Source: Vreelandella nigrificans
Lineage (GTDB): Bacteria; Pseudomonadota; Gammaproteobacteria; Pseudomonadales; Halomonadaceae
Length of the DNA: 64,000 nucleotides
Assembly: GCF_002374315.1 (NCBI RefSeq)
Contig: NZ_NWUX01000006.1
Span: 127,947 to 191,946, forward strand
Direction of reading: 5' to 3'
A program made the position numbers and the translations under genes. Of this stretch, positions 49,734 to 59,650 are shown piece after piece. The first letter of the stretch is position 1. Each line of letters opens with the position of its first letter. The notes below the pieces were generated by a model that was given only the letters and a program-made list of their open reading frames with translations, searched no databases and was not told where the DNA came from.

Positions 49734-51517
49734 GCCTTCTCCCCCTTGCCTGCATCGCCATAAGCCCGCTCCGCCGGTGCGGAGAAGCGCACATCAACGT
49801 CCTGCCAGCGCAGCTCGGCATGGGCATCGCCTTGGTAGAACACTTGGCTGTGCTTGAGGTAGTTAACGTCATCGCGTTTCTGCATACCCTCATCCAGACG
49901 CTGATGGGCGCCACGGGATTCACGCCGCTCAAGCGCGCCCAAACAGGAGGCTTCAGCAATATCCAGGCCGCACTCCAGTTCAAGACACTCAAGTAACTCA
50001 GTATTGAAAATCTTGCTGGTATCGTTAACGCGAACCTTGTTAAAGCGCGCACGCAGCTGACGCATGGTATCCAGCGAGTGGCGCATACCCTCCTCGGTGC
50101 GATAAATGCCGCAGCCGCTCTCCATGGCCTGCACCATGGCGTGCTTGAGTTCTACCCAGTTCTCCTCACTGCTGGTGCCGTCACATAGCCGCAGCAGCTT
50201 GGCTTGCTGGCGGTCGCCCTGAGCTTCCAGCAGGCGCTCATCGGCCCATTCGGTTTGTGCTGCCCGTTGGCTTGCCTGCTCACCGGCCAAGCGGCCAAAT
50301 ACCAATAGTTCAGTCAGCGAGTTAGAACCCAGACGATTGGCTCCGTGCAGGCCCACCGAGGCGCACTCTCCAGCAGCGTAGAGCCCGGCAATGGAGGTTT
50401 CGCACTGAGGGTTGGTTTCAATGCCGCCCATGGTGTAATGAACCGCCGGGCGAATAGGGACTGGCTCTTTCACCGGGTCGACGTTGATATAGGATTTGGC
50501 CAGCTCACAAATAAACGGCAGGCGCTCCAGAATGTACTTTTCACCCAAGTGGCGCAGATCAAGATAGACCACGTCGCTGTCACCAAACTTGCCGGTGCGG
50601 CCTGCCTGCTGCTCTTGCCAGAAGGCCTGGGAGAGCTTGTCCCGAGGGCCCAGTTCCATGTACTTGTTCTCCGGTTTGCCAAGGGGAGTTTCCGGGCCAA
50701 GGCCATAATCCTGCAGATAGCGATAGCCATCTTTATTGAGCAGGATGCCACCTTCGCCCCGGCACGCCTCGGTAATCAAAATGCCAGAACCGGGCAGGCC
50801 AGTAGGGTGGTATTGCACAAACTCCATATCCCGCAGCGCCACACCATGACGATAGGCCATCGCCATACCATCGCCGGTGACAATGCCTGCATTGGTATTA
50901 AAGCGGAACAGGCGCCCCGCGCCGCCAGTGGCGAGCACCACGGCTTTAGCGCGCAGCAGGGTCAGCTCACCAGTGGCGATTTGCAGAGCAATCACGCCAA
51001 TCACTGCGCCTTCGTGGACGGCAAGATCGAGTACAAAGTACTCGTCAAAGCGCTCTATCTCGGGGTATTTCAGCGAGGTCTGAAACAGCGTATGGAGCAT
51101 ATGGAAGCCAGTTTTGTCGGCGGCGAACCAGGTGCGGGCGGTTTTCATGCCGCCAAAACGGCGTACTTGAACCTGGCCATCGTCTTTACGGCTCCAGGGG
51201 CAGCCCCAGCGTTCCATCTGCACCAGCTCTTGATAGGCGTGGTGGACAAAGTAGTCCGCCACTCCTTGCTCAACCAGCCAGTCTCCGCCTGACACCGTGT
51301 CATCAAAATGCGCCTGGTGGGAGTCTTCTGCGCTGGTAACGGCAGCCGCCCCGCCTTCCGCAGCCACGGTATGGGAGCGCATGGGATACACCTTGGACAG
51401 CAGCGCAATATGCTGGGAGGCACCCTGGGCTTTGGCCTGCTCAGCGGCCCCGATGGCAGCGCGTAAGCCTGCACCACCTCCACCCACAATCACGATATCG
51501 AAATCTCGCTGCTGCAT
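49730..51517 (-). CDS. frdA: Fumarate reductase flavoprotein subunit
   Basis: FAD-binding GGGGAG; covalent-FAD His region [10 protein letters not shown]; FRD/SDH catalytic residues. Confidence 0.9.
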   Translation of the reverse strand: MQQRDFDIVIVGGGGAGLRAAIGAAEQAKAQGASQHIALLSKVYPMRSHTVAAEGGAAAVTSAEDSHQAHFDDTVSGGDWLVEQGVADYFVHHAYQELVQMERWGCPWSRKDDGQVQVRRFGGMKTARTWFAADKTGFHMLHTLFQTSLKYPEIERFDEYFVLDLAVHEGAVIGVIALQIATGELTLLRAKAVVLATGGAGRLFRFNTNAGIVTGDGMAMAYRHGVALRDMEFVQYHPTGLPGSGILITEACRGEGGILLNKDGYRYLQDYGLGPETPLGKPENKYMELGPRDKLSQAFWQEQQAGRTGKFGDSDVVYLDLRHLGEKYILERLPFICELAKSYINVDPVKEPVPIRPAVHYTMGGIETNPQCETSIAGLYAAGECASVGLHGANRLGSNSLTELLVFGRLAGEQASQRAAQTEWADERLLEAQGDRQQAKLLRLCDGTSSEENWVELKHAMVQAMESGCGIYRTEEGMRHSLDTMRQLRARFNKVRVNDTSKIFNTELLECLELECGLDIAEASCLGALERRESRGAHQRLDEGMQKRDDVNYLKHSQVFYQGDAHAELRWQDVDVRFSAPAERAYGDAGKGEKA

Positions 51518-51579
51518 GATGCATCCTTCCGTTAGCCAGGTCTAAGGCGGTGATGGCGGCACTCTTCGGTGCCGTCTCC

Positions 51580-51621
51580 TTAATTCGAACTTATTAACTC
51601 GAACTTATTAACTCGAACTTA
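51580..51621. repeat. 3 tandem copies of the 14-bp unit TTAAyTCGAACTTA, 60-100 bp upstream of frdA
   Basis: ttaattcgaactta / ttaactcgaactta / ttaactcgaactta. Confidence 0.6.
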
Positions 51622-51758
51622 GCATATCCGTGGTCAGCGTCGTTCATTAGTCCAAAGGACTATTGATGCACATCAATAAAACTAGAAATCGAGTTGGCAC
51701 TGCTTTCACCCTAGTGCCGCAGCACCTACTCTTCAAATAACACACTGTCATTCGTAAA

Positions 51759-51788
51759 TGTTTTAGGCATTGTTTTTAAAGAAATTGT
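51759..51788. repeat. 2 tandem copies of the 15-bp unit ATTGTTTTTAAAGAA
   Basis: Two perfect adjacent copies. Confidence 0.6.
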
Positions 51789-51837
51789 TTTTAAAGAAAT
51801 TCCAAACAAGCGATTGGTAGCCGTGTTCCAGTTTGGT

Positions 51838-51879
51838 CCCATATCAAAAGTACTTGGACATACAAGTACTTGGGCATAA
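51838..51879. repeat. 3 copies of AAGTACTTrG at 16-bp spacing, immediately upstream of the DASS transporter gene
   Basis: aaagtacttgga / caagtacttggg / aaagtacttag; each contains a palindromic AGTACT core. Confidence 0.5.
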
Positions 51880-51911
51880 AAAGTACTTAGAAAACAGAAG
51901 AGAGAGGCAGT

Positions 51912-53381
51912 ATGAACAGTAGCGCTCAATTCTCGCCTCGGTGGAAGTTATTCGCCCCGCTTGTTATCGCCATCATTGTTGCATTGATACCTACGCCGGA
52001 AGGGGTGGCGCCCCATGCGTGGTATTTCTTCGCTATTTTCCTGGGTTGTGTGGTGGGCTTAATTCTTGAACCTTTGCCCGGTGCAGTCATAGGGCTGATA
52101 GGGGTTACCCTGATCGCGTTGCTCTCGCCCTGGGTACTGTTTTCCCCGGAGCAACTGGCATCGGAAGGCTTTAACCCCGCTAATCAGGCATTTTCATGGG
52201 CAGTGTCGGGTTTTACTAACTCCACCGTATGGCTGATTTTTGGCGCCTTTATGTTTGCCTTGGGGTACGAGAAAACCGGCCTTGGCAGACGTATCTCTCT
52301 ATGGCTCGTAAAGGCCATGGGCAAGCGCACTTTAACGCTTGGCTACGCGGTGATGATCTCGGATACCATTCTTGCCCCTTTTACGCCCTCCAACACGGCA
52401 CGCAGTGCAGGCACCATCTATCCTGTCATTCGCAACCTGCCACCCCTTTACGACTCGCACCCTAACGACCCCAGCATGAAGCGGATGGGTAGCTTTTTAA
52501 TGTGGACAGCACTGGCCTCGACCTGCGTTACCAGCTCGCTATTTCTGACTGCCATGGCCCCCAACTTATTAGCCGTCGCGCTAACCGAAAGCACAACCGG
52601 CATTCAAATCAACTGGGGGCAGTGGTTTATGGCAATTGCCCCGGTGGGTATTTTGATGCTGCTGTTGGTGCCACTGCTGTGCTATTGGCTGTGCGCTCCC
52701 GAGGTAAAAGCGGGCCATGAAATTTCTGACTGGGCTAGAGACGAACTAAAACAGTTAGGCGCCCTTACCCGCAAAGAAATAGTGCTGGTGCTGATGGTCG
52801 TCACCGCCTTGTTACTGTGGATTTTTGGCGGCGGCATTATTTCCGCATCATTAGTAGGCCTCGTGGTGATCTGCGGCATGCTACTAACCGGCATCGTAAC
52901 CTGGGACGATATCCTCAATAACAATGCGGCCTGGAATACCTTTGTATGGTTTGCCACGCTGGTCGCCCTGGCAGGCGGACTCAGCCAAGTGGGATTCGTG
53001 AACTGGTTTGGCACTGTCGTGGGTGGGCAGATAAGCCACTTTAACCCGTTGATGGCCATGGTAGCGCTGGTTGTACTGTTCTACGCTCTGCACTACTTCT
53101 TTGCCAGTATTACGGCACACGTCACTGCCCTACTGCCGGTGATTTTAGCGGCTGCTTCGGGTATTGCAGGGCTAGATATGCAGATGTTTGTACTGCTGCT
53201 ACTGCCCACACTTGGTTTTATGGGCATTCTCACCCCCTATGGCACAGGGCCAAGCCCGGTCTACTATGGCAGCGGCTACTTGCCTAGTGCACTCTTCTGG
53301 CGCCTTGGGGCAATCTTCGGGCTAATTTTCCTAGTGGCATGGCTGGTAATTGGCCTACCGTGGCTAATGCTGGTTCTCTGA
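51912..53381 (+). CDS. DASS-family anion permease (TtdT/CitT-like dicarboxylate antiporter)
   Basis: Near-colinear similarity to E. coli TtdT: FFAIFLGCVVGLILEPLPGAV, WAVSGFTNSTVWLIFGAFMF, TGLGRRISLWLVK, LAPFTPSNTARSAGTIYPVIRNLPPLYDS, YGTGPSPVYYGSGYLPSALFWRLGAIFGLIFL. Confidence 0.85.
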   Translation: MNSSAQFSPRWKLFAPLVIAIIVALIPTPEGVAPHAWYFFAIFLGCVVGLILEPLPGAVIGLIGVTLIALLSPWVLFSPEQLASEGFNPANQAFSWAVSGFTNSTVWLIFGAFMFALGYEKTGLGRRISLWLVKAMGKRTLTLGYAVMISDTILAPFTPSNTARSAGTIYPVIRNLPPLYDSHPNDPSMKRMGSFLMWTALASTCVTSSLFLTAMAPNLLAVALTESTTGIQINWGQWFMAIAPVGILMLLLVPLLCYWLCAPEVKAGHEISDWARDELKQLGALTRKEIVLVLMVVTALLLWIFGGGIISASLVGLVVICGMLLTGIVTWDDILNNNAAWNTFVWFATLVALAGGLSQVGFVNWFGTVVGGQISHFNPLMAMVALVVLFYALHYFFASITAHVTALLPVILAAASGIAGLDMQMFVLLLLPTLGFMGILTPYGTGPSPVYYGSGYLPSALFWRLGAIFGLIFLVAWLVIGLPWLMLVL

Positions 53382-54185
53382 GCGACGGTTTATCCCAGCG
53401 TGATACCACATGCTGAGCTGTTGTGAGATTTTCTCCGGCTGCTCAGCATGAAGATTGTGGCCTCCTTCCAACGTGATATGGCGCAGGCGCGGGGCTTTCG
53501 TTGCTAGATGGCTTGCCAAGGTATGGAACTTGGCGTCTCGCTGGCCCGAAAAATAGCTTACCGGTAGCGGGGCGTTTTCCAGCCACTGCCATAGCGAAGG
53601 CTGATGCCCTAAGGAAGTTGACCGCAGCATGTTGGCAATGGATGGCCCAAGATTAGCTAGGCGACGTTGAATTTGCCGACTGCGCTGGTGCTCGGTGAGA
53701 TCGGCAAACACCGGCTGCTGATACCAGTCGGTAAGTACGTCTTTCAGCGGTTCTTGCTCGAAGCGCCTAGCCCACCGTTCATCATGAGCAATGCGTGCAG
53801 GGCGCTCACTGGCAGGCAACCCTGGGTGGGCGCTTTCCAGCCAGAGAGCATCTAACCCCGGCGGTTGATGGCTGGCATGATACAGCGCCAAACGCCCGCC
53901 CAGGGAGTAGCCCAGCAGACAGTAACGGGTAACGCCTTGTGCCATCAATGTATCGCAAAGCCAGTGGTGAAATGCCTCAAAAGAGACTGCCTGCACATGG
54001 TGATTCTCACCGTGCCCAGGCAAGTCCAGCGCGAGACAGTTAATGCCTTTCAAGCCAGCGATTACCTCAGCCCAGTCCTGAGCATCTCCCAACAAGCCGT
54101 GGAGCAGTACCAGGGTTGGTAGCTGCTGAGGTTTACTGCTCACTCTATTCCCCTCGAATCGCTGCACCAAGGGCCTTAAGATCAT
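53364..54185 (-). CDS. menH: 2-succinyl-6-hydroxy-2,4-cyclohexadiene-1-carboxylate synthase (alpha/beta hydrolase)
   Basis: [24 protein letters not shown] nucleophile elbow, ...[12 protein letters not shown] as in E. coli MenH; start uncertain (the ORF track extends to 54218, overlapping menD). Confidence 0.7.
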   Translation of the reverse strand: MILRPLVQRFEGNRVSSKPQQLPTLVLLHGLLGDAQDWAEVIAGLKGINCLALDLPGHGENHHVQAVSFEAFHHWLCDTLMAQGVTRYCLLGYSLGGRLALYHASHQPPGLDALWLESAHPGLPASERPARIAHDERWARRFEQEPLKDVLTDWYQQPVFADLTEHQRSRQIQRRLANLGPSIANMLRSTSLGHQPSLWQWLENAPLPVSYFSGQRDAKFHTLASHLATKAPRLRHITLEGGHNLHAEQPEKISQQLSMWYHAGINRRSENQH

Positions 54186-55884
54186 CGGCGACTTGCTGAT
54201 GGGGCACGTTAACCTCAATCAGTGTAACGCCCGCCTTTAGGGCCTGAGTGTAGTCCATCACAAAGGCCTCCAATGCGCAGGGTACTGAATAGCTAAGCCC
54301 AAACATCTTGGCCGCATACTCGAAGTTCAATCCATGGGGTTGGCGGTAATAACGCTCCAGCAGCTCCCCTTCTTTGGGCACCGGCAGCATATGAAAAATA
54401 CTACCGCCATCATTATTGAGAATAACCACCACCAGGGGCTGAGTCGCCTGTTTTAACAATGCCAAGCTGTTGAGGTCATGCAGTGCGCTGGTATCTCCCA
54501 GCACAATGGTAGTAGGTTCCGAGCCTGTGCTGCTAAGGCCATAGGCCGTCGCGATCAGACCATCGATACCGGAGGCGCCGCGATTGGCCAATACCCGCAG
54601 TGGCGTTTGGCGATGCGTTCCCAGCATATTCATCAACCGTGCAGGCAGGCTGTTACCGATAAACAGTTGCCCTGCTGCTAGTCGAGCAATCTGGTGACAA
54701 ACACCCAGCTCTGAAAATGCCGTTCCCCACTCCTCCACAAGCTGACTGGTGCGCCGTTGCAGGCTATCCAACTGATGCCAAGGCGCTTGTTCAGGCAACG
54801 TCGGCAAAGCAGCAATAACATTGGCAGGCGAGCTTATCAAACGGCGCTTAACGCAATAATCAGGGTCCAGCCGTTGGGGCAGTGGGTCAACCAACCAGAC
54901 ATCCTGCCAGGGCTGGTGGGCAATAAACTGGGTGAGTCGCTTGGAAATTAATCGGCCGCCAAACTGTAGTAGCACCTCTGCCTTAGCCAGTTCCGCACTG
55001 AAGCGTTCGTCATGGAGCGCCAGATCAAAATAGATCAGGTTATAAGGATCAAAGCGGAGCTGACTCTGTACATCCGCCAGCAGTGGCCAGCCCAGCTGCT
55101 TAGCTAACGCAACCACTTGCTGTGCCTGTTGCGGGTCATCAATGCTACCCACCACAATTATTCCGCACTGCTGGGCAAACGCTTCCCACTCGTTCTTGAG
55201 TGCTGAAATAGCGGTGCTGGTCTGTCCATGGCTCCAGGGCCAATCACTCCAAGGCGAGGCATCCGTTAGCCAGCGCCCCAACGGGGTCAGATAGTCACTG
55301 GCATCCACTAAGCCGTCACCAGGGTAGAGGGGCTCACGGTAACGGCAGTTTATATGGATAGGCCCAGGGGTACGGCGCTGCTGATAAACTGCTTGATCAA
55401 TCGTACTGAGTAGGAACGCTGCTTTTATCTCAGCATCGGGCGGCGGCAGGTCTTGGTGAACAATAGTATGGCGGGAGAAGATATCCCGTTGATCAATCGC
55501 CTGATTGCTGCCGTTATCCAGCAGCTCAATGGGCCGGTCGGCGGAGAGCACAATAAGCGGTACGCCAAGTAAGTTGGCTTCCACCACCGCTGGGTAGAGG
55601 TTCGCCACGGCCGTGCCGGAAGTCGTGATAATCACCACCGGTCGATGGCTTCCCCGGGCAATGCCCAGTGCCATAAACCCTAGCCCCCGCTCGTCAAAAT
55701 GGCAGTGGCAACGCAACCCTGTATGCTCGCTGGCAGCCATTGTCAGAGGCGACGAGCGCGAGCCGGGCGCCACCACTACATCGCGCAGGCCTAAGCGGTA
55801 GAGTTCCTCCAACATTAGCGCCGCCCAAACGTGATTAAAGGTGGCATGTGCTTTTGCAAAACCGTTCGATGTCAGTGCCGTCAT
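54145..55884 (-). CDS. menD: 2-succinyl-5-enolpyruvyl-6-hydroxy-3-cyclohexene-1-carboxylate synthase (ThDP-dependent)
   Basis: N-terminus MTALTSNG...[32 protein letters not shown] aligns with E. coli MenD; start at ATG 55884, 5 bp after the menF stop; the ORF track's longer form to 56025 overlaps menF. Confidence 0.85.
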   Translation of the reverse strand: MTALTSNGFAKAHATFNHVWAALMLEELYRLGLRDVVVAPGSRSSPLTMAASEHTGLRCHCHFDERGLGFMALGIARGSHRPVVIITTSGTAVANLYPAVVEANLLGVPLIVLSADRPIELLDNGSNQAIDQRDIFSRHTIVHQDLPPPDAEIKAAFLLSTIDQAVYQQRRTPGPIHINCRYREPLYPGDGLVDASDYLTPLGRWLTDASPWSDWPWSHGQTSTAISALKNEWEAFAQQCGIIVVGSIDDPQQAQQVVALAKQLGWPLLADVQSQLRFDPYNLIYFDLALHDERFSAELAKAEVLLQFGGRLISKRLTQFIAHQPWQDVWLVDPLPQRLDPDYCVKRRLISSPANVIAALPTLPEQAPWHQLDSLQRRTSQLVEEWGTAFSELGVCHQIARLAAGQLFIGNSLPARLMNMLGTHRQTPLRVLANRGASGIDGLIATAYGLSSTGSEPTTIVLGDTSALHDLNSLALLKQATQPLVVVILNNDGGSIFHMLPVPKEGELLERYYRQPHGLNFEYAAKMFGLSYSVPCALEAFVMDYTQALKAGVTLIEVNVPHQQVADDLKALGAAIRGE

Positions 55885-55889
55885 ATGTG

Positions 55890-57212
55890 TTACCCCATCC
55901 CTAGCAGGGACATAATATCGGCGATTTTGGTATCCAGCTCCCGCCACTCTTCGTCCGGCTGGGAGCCAGCCACGATACCTGCACCGGCATAGAGCCGAAT
56001 CGCTTTTTGGCCGATATGGGCACAACGAATGGTCACGGCAAGGTCGCTACTGGCGTGGCTGATTCGACCAAACACACCTGAGTACCAACCCCGTTGATGG
56101 CATTCATGTTGGCGAATAAACGCCAGTGCCGACTCACGGGAGACGCCACCCACCGCTGGCGTTGGCGGCAGTGCGGAAAGCAGTTGCTGGTCAGTGACAT
56201 TGCTATGAAGTTCGGCATGAATCAAACGGCGGATATGCTGCACCGAACGCAGCTTAACAATATGCGCCTCGCCCATGTGAACTTGATGGGCTAGAGGCTC
56301 TATCTGGGTCAGGAGTTGCTGATAGACGCACTGGTTTTCCAGCGTATTTTTCTTATCCGCCAGCAGCTCGGCGGCGAGCATTTGGTCTTGCGGGGTATCA
56401 CGCCCACGGCGCGTAGTGCCTGCCAACGCTTCGGTAATCAAATGTTGGCCTTCACGCTTGTATAACCGCTCAGGAGGACAACCGATAAACGCCTCATGGG
56501 GTTCAAACTGGACACCAAACTGAAAACAGTCTGCTGCTCCCGCCTGCCAGCGTGACAGCAGCGCCCAGGGGTTGGGGGTCTGCGAGGTTGTCAGGCACGT
56601 TTCACGAGAAAGCACCACCTTGGGCGTATGCATAAGGTGGTCGGGGTTTGTCACCTTCCCCACCCACGCCGCCCACTCTTGTTGACGAGGACGGTCTTCA
56701 CGCTGGTAAACATGGGGCTGCAGGCAAGGCAGCGGTTGCTCTTCTACCAAGGCGTCTAAACAGGCGCGGGCCTGGGCTATTTCGGCAGTGGGACAGCGGC
56801 CATCGAAACGCAGATTAAGTGACAGTGTTGCGCCGCCTTGGTGACGTTGAAGCTCGATACGCGGCAGCACAAAGTGGCAGGCGGGAAAGTGCTCCCACCC
56901 CGGCGTACCAGGATCGAAGGCCATGCCGCCAAAATAGTTTGGCTGTTGGCCACCAATCTCGGCCAGCACAGCAAGATCAGCCTCCAACGCCGCTAGAGAG
57001 TCAAAGACGTTAACTGCCCCCAGCGTCGCATACTCAATAGCATCAGCATCACGGGAATGCCAATAGAGCCGGGGATACACGCTTTGTCTGTTTAACCACC
57101 CCATCAGGCCATCTACCTGGCAGGGGGTATTTAGGCGGACAAACCCTGTTTTAGCGGTATCACAAAGCGTGTCAAGCTGATGTTTCAGTGCTTCAATAGG
57201 GTTAAATTGCAT
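55890..57212 (-). CDS. menF: Isochorismate synthase (menaquinone-specific)
   Basis: Chorismate-binding enzyme C-terminal signature ...[20 protein letters not shown]... Confidence 0.8.
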   Translation of the reverse strand: MQFNPIEALKHQLDTLCDTAKTGFVRLNTPCQVDGLMGWLNRQSVYPRLYWHSRDADAIEYATLGAVNVFDSLAALEADLAVLAEIGGQQPNYFGGMAFDPGTPGWEHFPACHFVLPRIELQRHQGGATLSLNLRFDGRCPTAEIAQARACLDALVEEQPLPCLQPHVYQREDRPRQQEWAAWVGKVTNPDHLMHTPKVVLSRETCLTTSQTPNPWALLSRWQAGAADCFQFGVQFEPHEAFIGCPPERLYKREGQHLITEALAGTTRRGRDTPQDQMLAAELLADKKNTLENQCVYQQLLTQIEPLAHQVHMGEAHIVKLRSVQHIRRLIHAELHSNVTDQQLLSALPPTPAVGGVSRESALAFIRQHECHQRGWYSGVFGRISHASSDLAVTIRCAHIGQKAIRLYAGAGIVAGSQPDEEWRELDTKIADIMSLLGMG

Positions 57213-57247
57213 AATTCGCCTGTTAGGCCAGCGTTTTTAATTACCTG

Positions 57248-57748
57248 CTAGCGGCTGCTTGGTAGGCCCCAGCCTAGCTTCTTCTTAATATAGGGTAGCA
57301 CCCAACGATCACCGCCAATCCGGCCAGCATTAGCACCTGCTACTAGCAAGAAGAAGGTTAGCGCAATCATCCAGGGGTTAGTGGATACAGTACCCGCCAG
57401 CAAAAAAGACATGTTCATAACAATGGCGAAAAAAGCAGCAAATGAGGTCAACACGCCAACAATTAAGCCAAGGCCAACCAACACTTCTCCTAGCGGTATA
57501 ATAAAGTTAATAAAATCCGCATAGGGCAGCGCAAAGTTCTCAAGAAAAGCGACATAGTTGGGGTAAACCGCGCTTCCTTCTCTCATCACGGGATTTGCCA
57601 CAGCATTGCGTAGAAAGCCCTCTGCATTAAAGCCACCGGTCATCTTACCGATGCCCAGGGTTAACCAAGTAATGCCTAAATAGAGCCGCAGTAATAACCA
57701 AACTACCGCCATATATTTGTTATGTCTAAATAAGTCACCAATCATCAC
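57248..57748 (-). CDS. DoxX-family membrane protein
   Basis: 166 aa, 4 TM, DoxX-like. Confidence 0.55.
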   Translation of the reverse strand: MMIGDLFRHNKYMAVVWLLLRLYLGITWLTLGIGKMTGGFNAEGFLRNAVANPVMREGSAVYPNYVAFLENFALPYADFINFIIPLGEVLVGLGLIVGVLTSFAAFFAIVMNMSFLLAGTVSTNPWMIALTFFLLVAGANAGRIGGDRWVLPYIKKKLGWGLPSSR

Positions 57749-57908
57749 GTAAACTCCTGGTCTGGGGTATCAGCAGTATCGGATAAGGCGGTGCTGTTTA
57801 TTTTGACTTAGGTCTACTTTTCAGCACTTAATCATACATTACTGAATGTTTGACGATGACTCCGCTAGCGTTTTTAAAATGAAAATGGCCAACAGGAATA
57901 TTGATGTA

Positions 57909-58835
57909 ATGGGACAAAACAGTAAGCGCCACTACTACCAAGCTTGGCTGTTAGCCGCACGCCCTCGTACGCTGCCGCTGGCGTGCGCCTCTATTCTATT
58001 GGGTACTGGTCTAGCGGCGAGTATGGATGCTTTTAACCCTGCGGTGCTATTGCTTGCCCTGCTGACCGCCATTGCGCTACAGGTGCTTTCTAATCTGGCG
58101 AACGACTATGGTGATGCTGCGTCGGGAGCTGATGACGAGCAACGCATAGGTCCTGCTAGAGCCGTCTCTTCTGGTTTACTCAGCCCCGAAGCGATGCGTA
58201 AAGGAATAGTCATAGCGGCCATTGCCGCCGCGCTATGCGGGCTTTTATTACTGTTTGCCGCCTTTGGAACCCAGTGGGGGCAGATCGCCACTTTCCTGCT
58301 GCTAGGCGCTGCCTCATTACTGGCCGCAGTGACCTATACCGTCGGTCTGGGCGGCGCGCCCTATGGCTATCGTGGGCTAGGTGATATTGCGGTCTTTGTA
58401 TTTTTTGGGCTGCTCGGCGTATTAGGCACTTACTACCTCCACGTACAGCAGCTTAGCTGGCTACCATTGCTACCCGCCACCGCATGCGGGCTGTTAGCCA
58501 CTGCCGTGCTCAATGTGAATAACGTGCGCGATATCGAAAGCGATGCACGCAATGGCAAGATCACCCTGGCGGTGCGGCTAGGCCGCGCCAGGGCGATTAA
58601 GTACCACTGGACATTACTGGGGGTAGCTTTGCTGCTCACCTTGGCCTATCTGGTTGCACTACCAGTACCGCTGCTGGGATGGAGCTGCCTGTTAGTGGCC
58701 AAGCCGCTAACGGATGCTGCCAGAACATTACGCGATACCCATGATGGCGAAACGCTGACTGGCATGCTTAAGAAAACCGCTATTTCGACGCTACTTTACA
58801 GCGTGCTGCTCTCTATTGGCTTAGCGCTGTTTTAA
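57909..58835 (+). CDS. menA: 1,4-dihydroxy-2-naphthoate octaprenyltransferase (UbiA family)
   Basis: YQAWLLAARPRTLPLA, LQVLSNLANDYGDA, GYRGLGDIAVFVFFG, ATACGLLATAVLNVNNVRDIESD align with E. coli MenA throughout; start assigned by alignment (the ORF track starts at 57846). Confidence 0.85.
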   Translation: MGQNSKRHYYQAWLLAARPRTLPLACASILLGTGLAASMDAFNPAVLLLALLTAIALQVLSNLANDYGDAASGADDEQRIGPARAVSSGLLSPEAMRKGIVIAAIAAALCGLLLLFAAFGTQWGQIATFLLLGAASLLAAVTYTVGLGGAPYGYRGLGDIAVFVFFGLLGVLGTYYLHVQQLSWLPLLPATACGLLATAVLNVNNVRDIESDARNGKITLAVRLGRARAIKYHWTLLGVALLLTLAYLVALPVPLLGWSCLLVAKPLTDAARTLRDTHDGETLTGMLKKTAISTLLYSVLLSIGLALF

Positions 58836-58965
58836 GCTTTTTACCAAGCTTAAGTTTTTACTAAGTTTAGTTTTTACCAATTTAAGTAAGCGCTTAAAGC
58901 AGGACAACCGCCCATCTCAAAACAGGCCCGTACTCGAGCAGTGCGAGGGTGGGCCTGAACACTCT

Positions 58966-59379
58966 TTATTCAACCACGTTAACGGTAATGGTACTCGACC
59001 AATCCGGGCCGTAGGAAAGATGTGCGCCGTCGGCAAACTGTAGCGTCAGCGTGTATTCACCTGGAGGGAGGCTGAGCTCGTAACTGGTCTGCCCACCACC
59101 GAAGTGGATATGCGTATCGTCTGTGGGCACAACCTCGCCTTTAGCAATCGGCCCAGCATCAATGAGCAAGTGATGGTGGCCTGTGCCGTCCTTCATGGTG
59201 CCTGCTGGTTCGATGTCCATACCAGTGACGGCCATTTCCACCTGGATCGGACTCGATACCTCAGCGCCATCCTCTGGCGTCACAAAACTGACGCCCTCCC
59301 CGGCAATGGCCGGTATCGCCAACATCGCCAGCCCTAGAGCAATCAACCAGCGACCCGTTCCTTGCTTCACTGTCTTCAT
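58966..59379 (-). CDS. DUF4399-domain secreted protein
   Basis: Signal peptide; GHHHLLID motif. Confidence 0.55.
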   Translation of the reverse strand: MKTVKQGTGRWLIALGLAMLAIPAIAGEGVSFVTPEDGAEVSSPIQVEMAVTGMDIEPAGTMKDGTGHHHLLIDAGPIAKGEVVPTDDTHIHFGGGQTSYELSLPPGEYTLTLQFADGAHLSYGPDWSSTITVNVVE

Positions 59380-59650
59380 TTCAGTACCTCATCAGGGGTT
59401 CATAATCAGCGGTTCTAATTTCTTTTCGCCTGTTACACTTAAGCCTTGTTCATTATACTTGCTACTTATACTTGTTTTTTATAACAGTAGCGTCTCATTA
59501 GCTTAGCTGTTTGAAAGCGAATTGCTAATACAGGCCAAAGAGTTAATGGTCGTCCGTGCGGCGCACTTGGCACTATTTTTTAGCAACATGCCTTCTTTAC
59601 TTTAGCAATATGCTTTGGCGACACACCTTCCATATCAAGGATGATGAATT

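Noticed and set aside
50345-51292. 315-aa ORF antisense to frdA
   Set aside because: It is a shadow ORF opposite a highly conserved flavoprotein gene, with no independent signals.
51580-51621. Possible CRISPR array
   Set aside because: There are only three 14-bp units, directly abutting with no spacers; this is not a CRISPR architecture.
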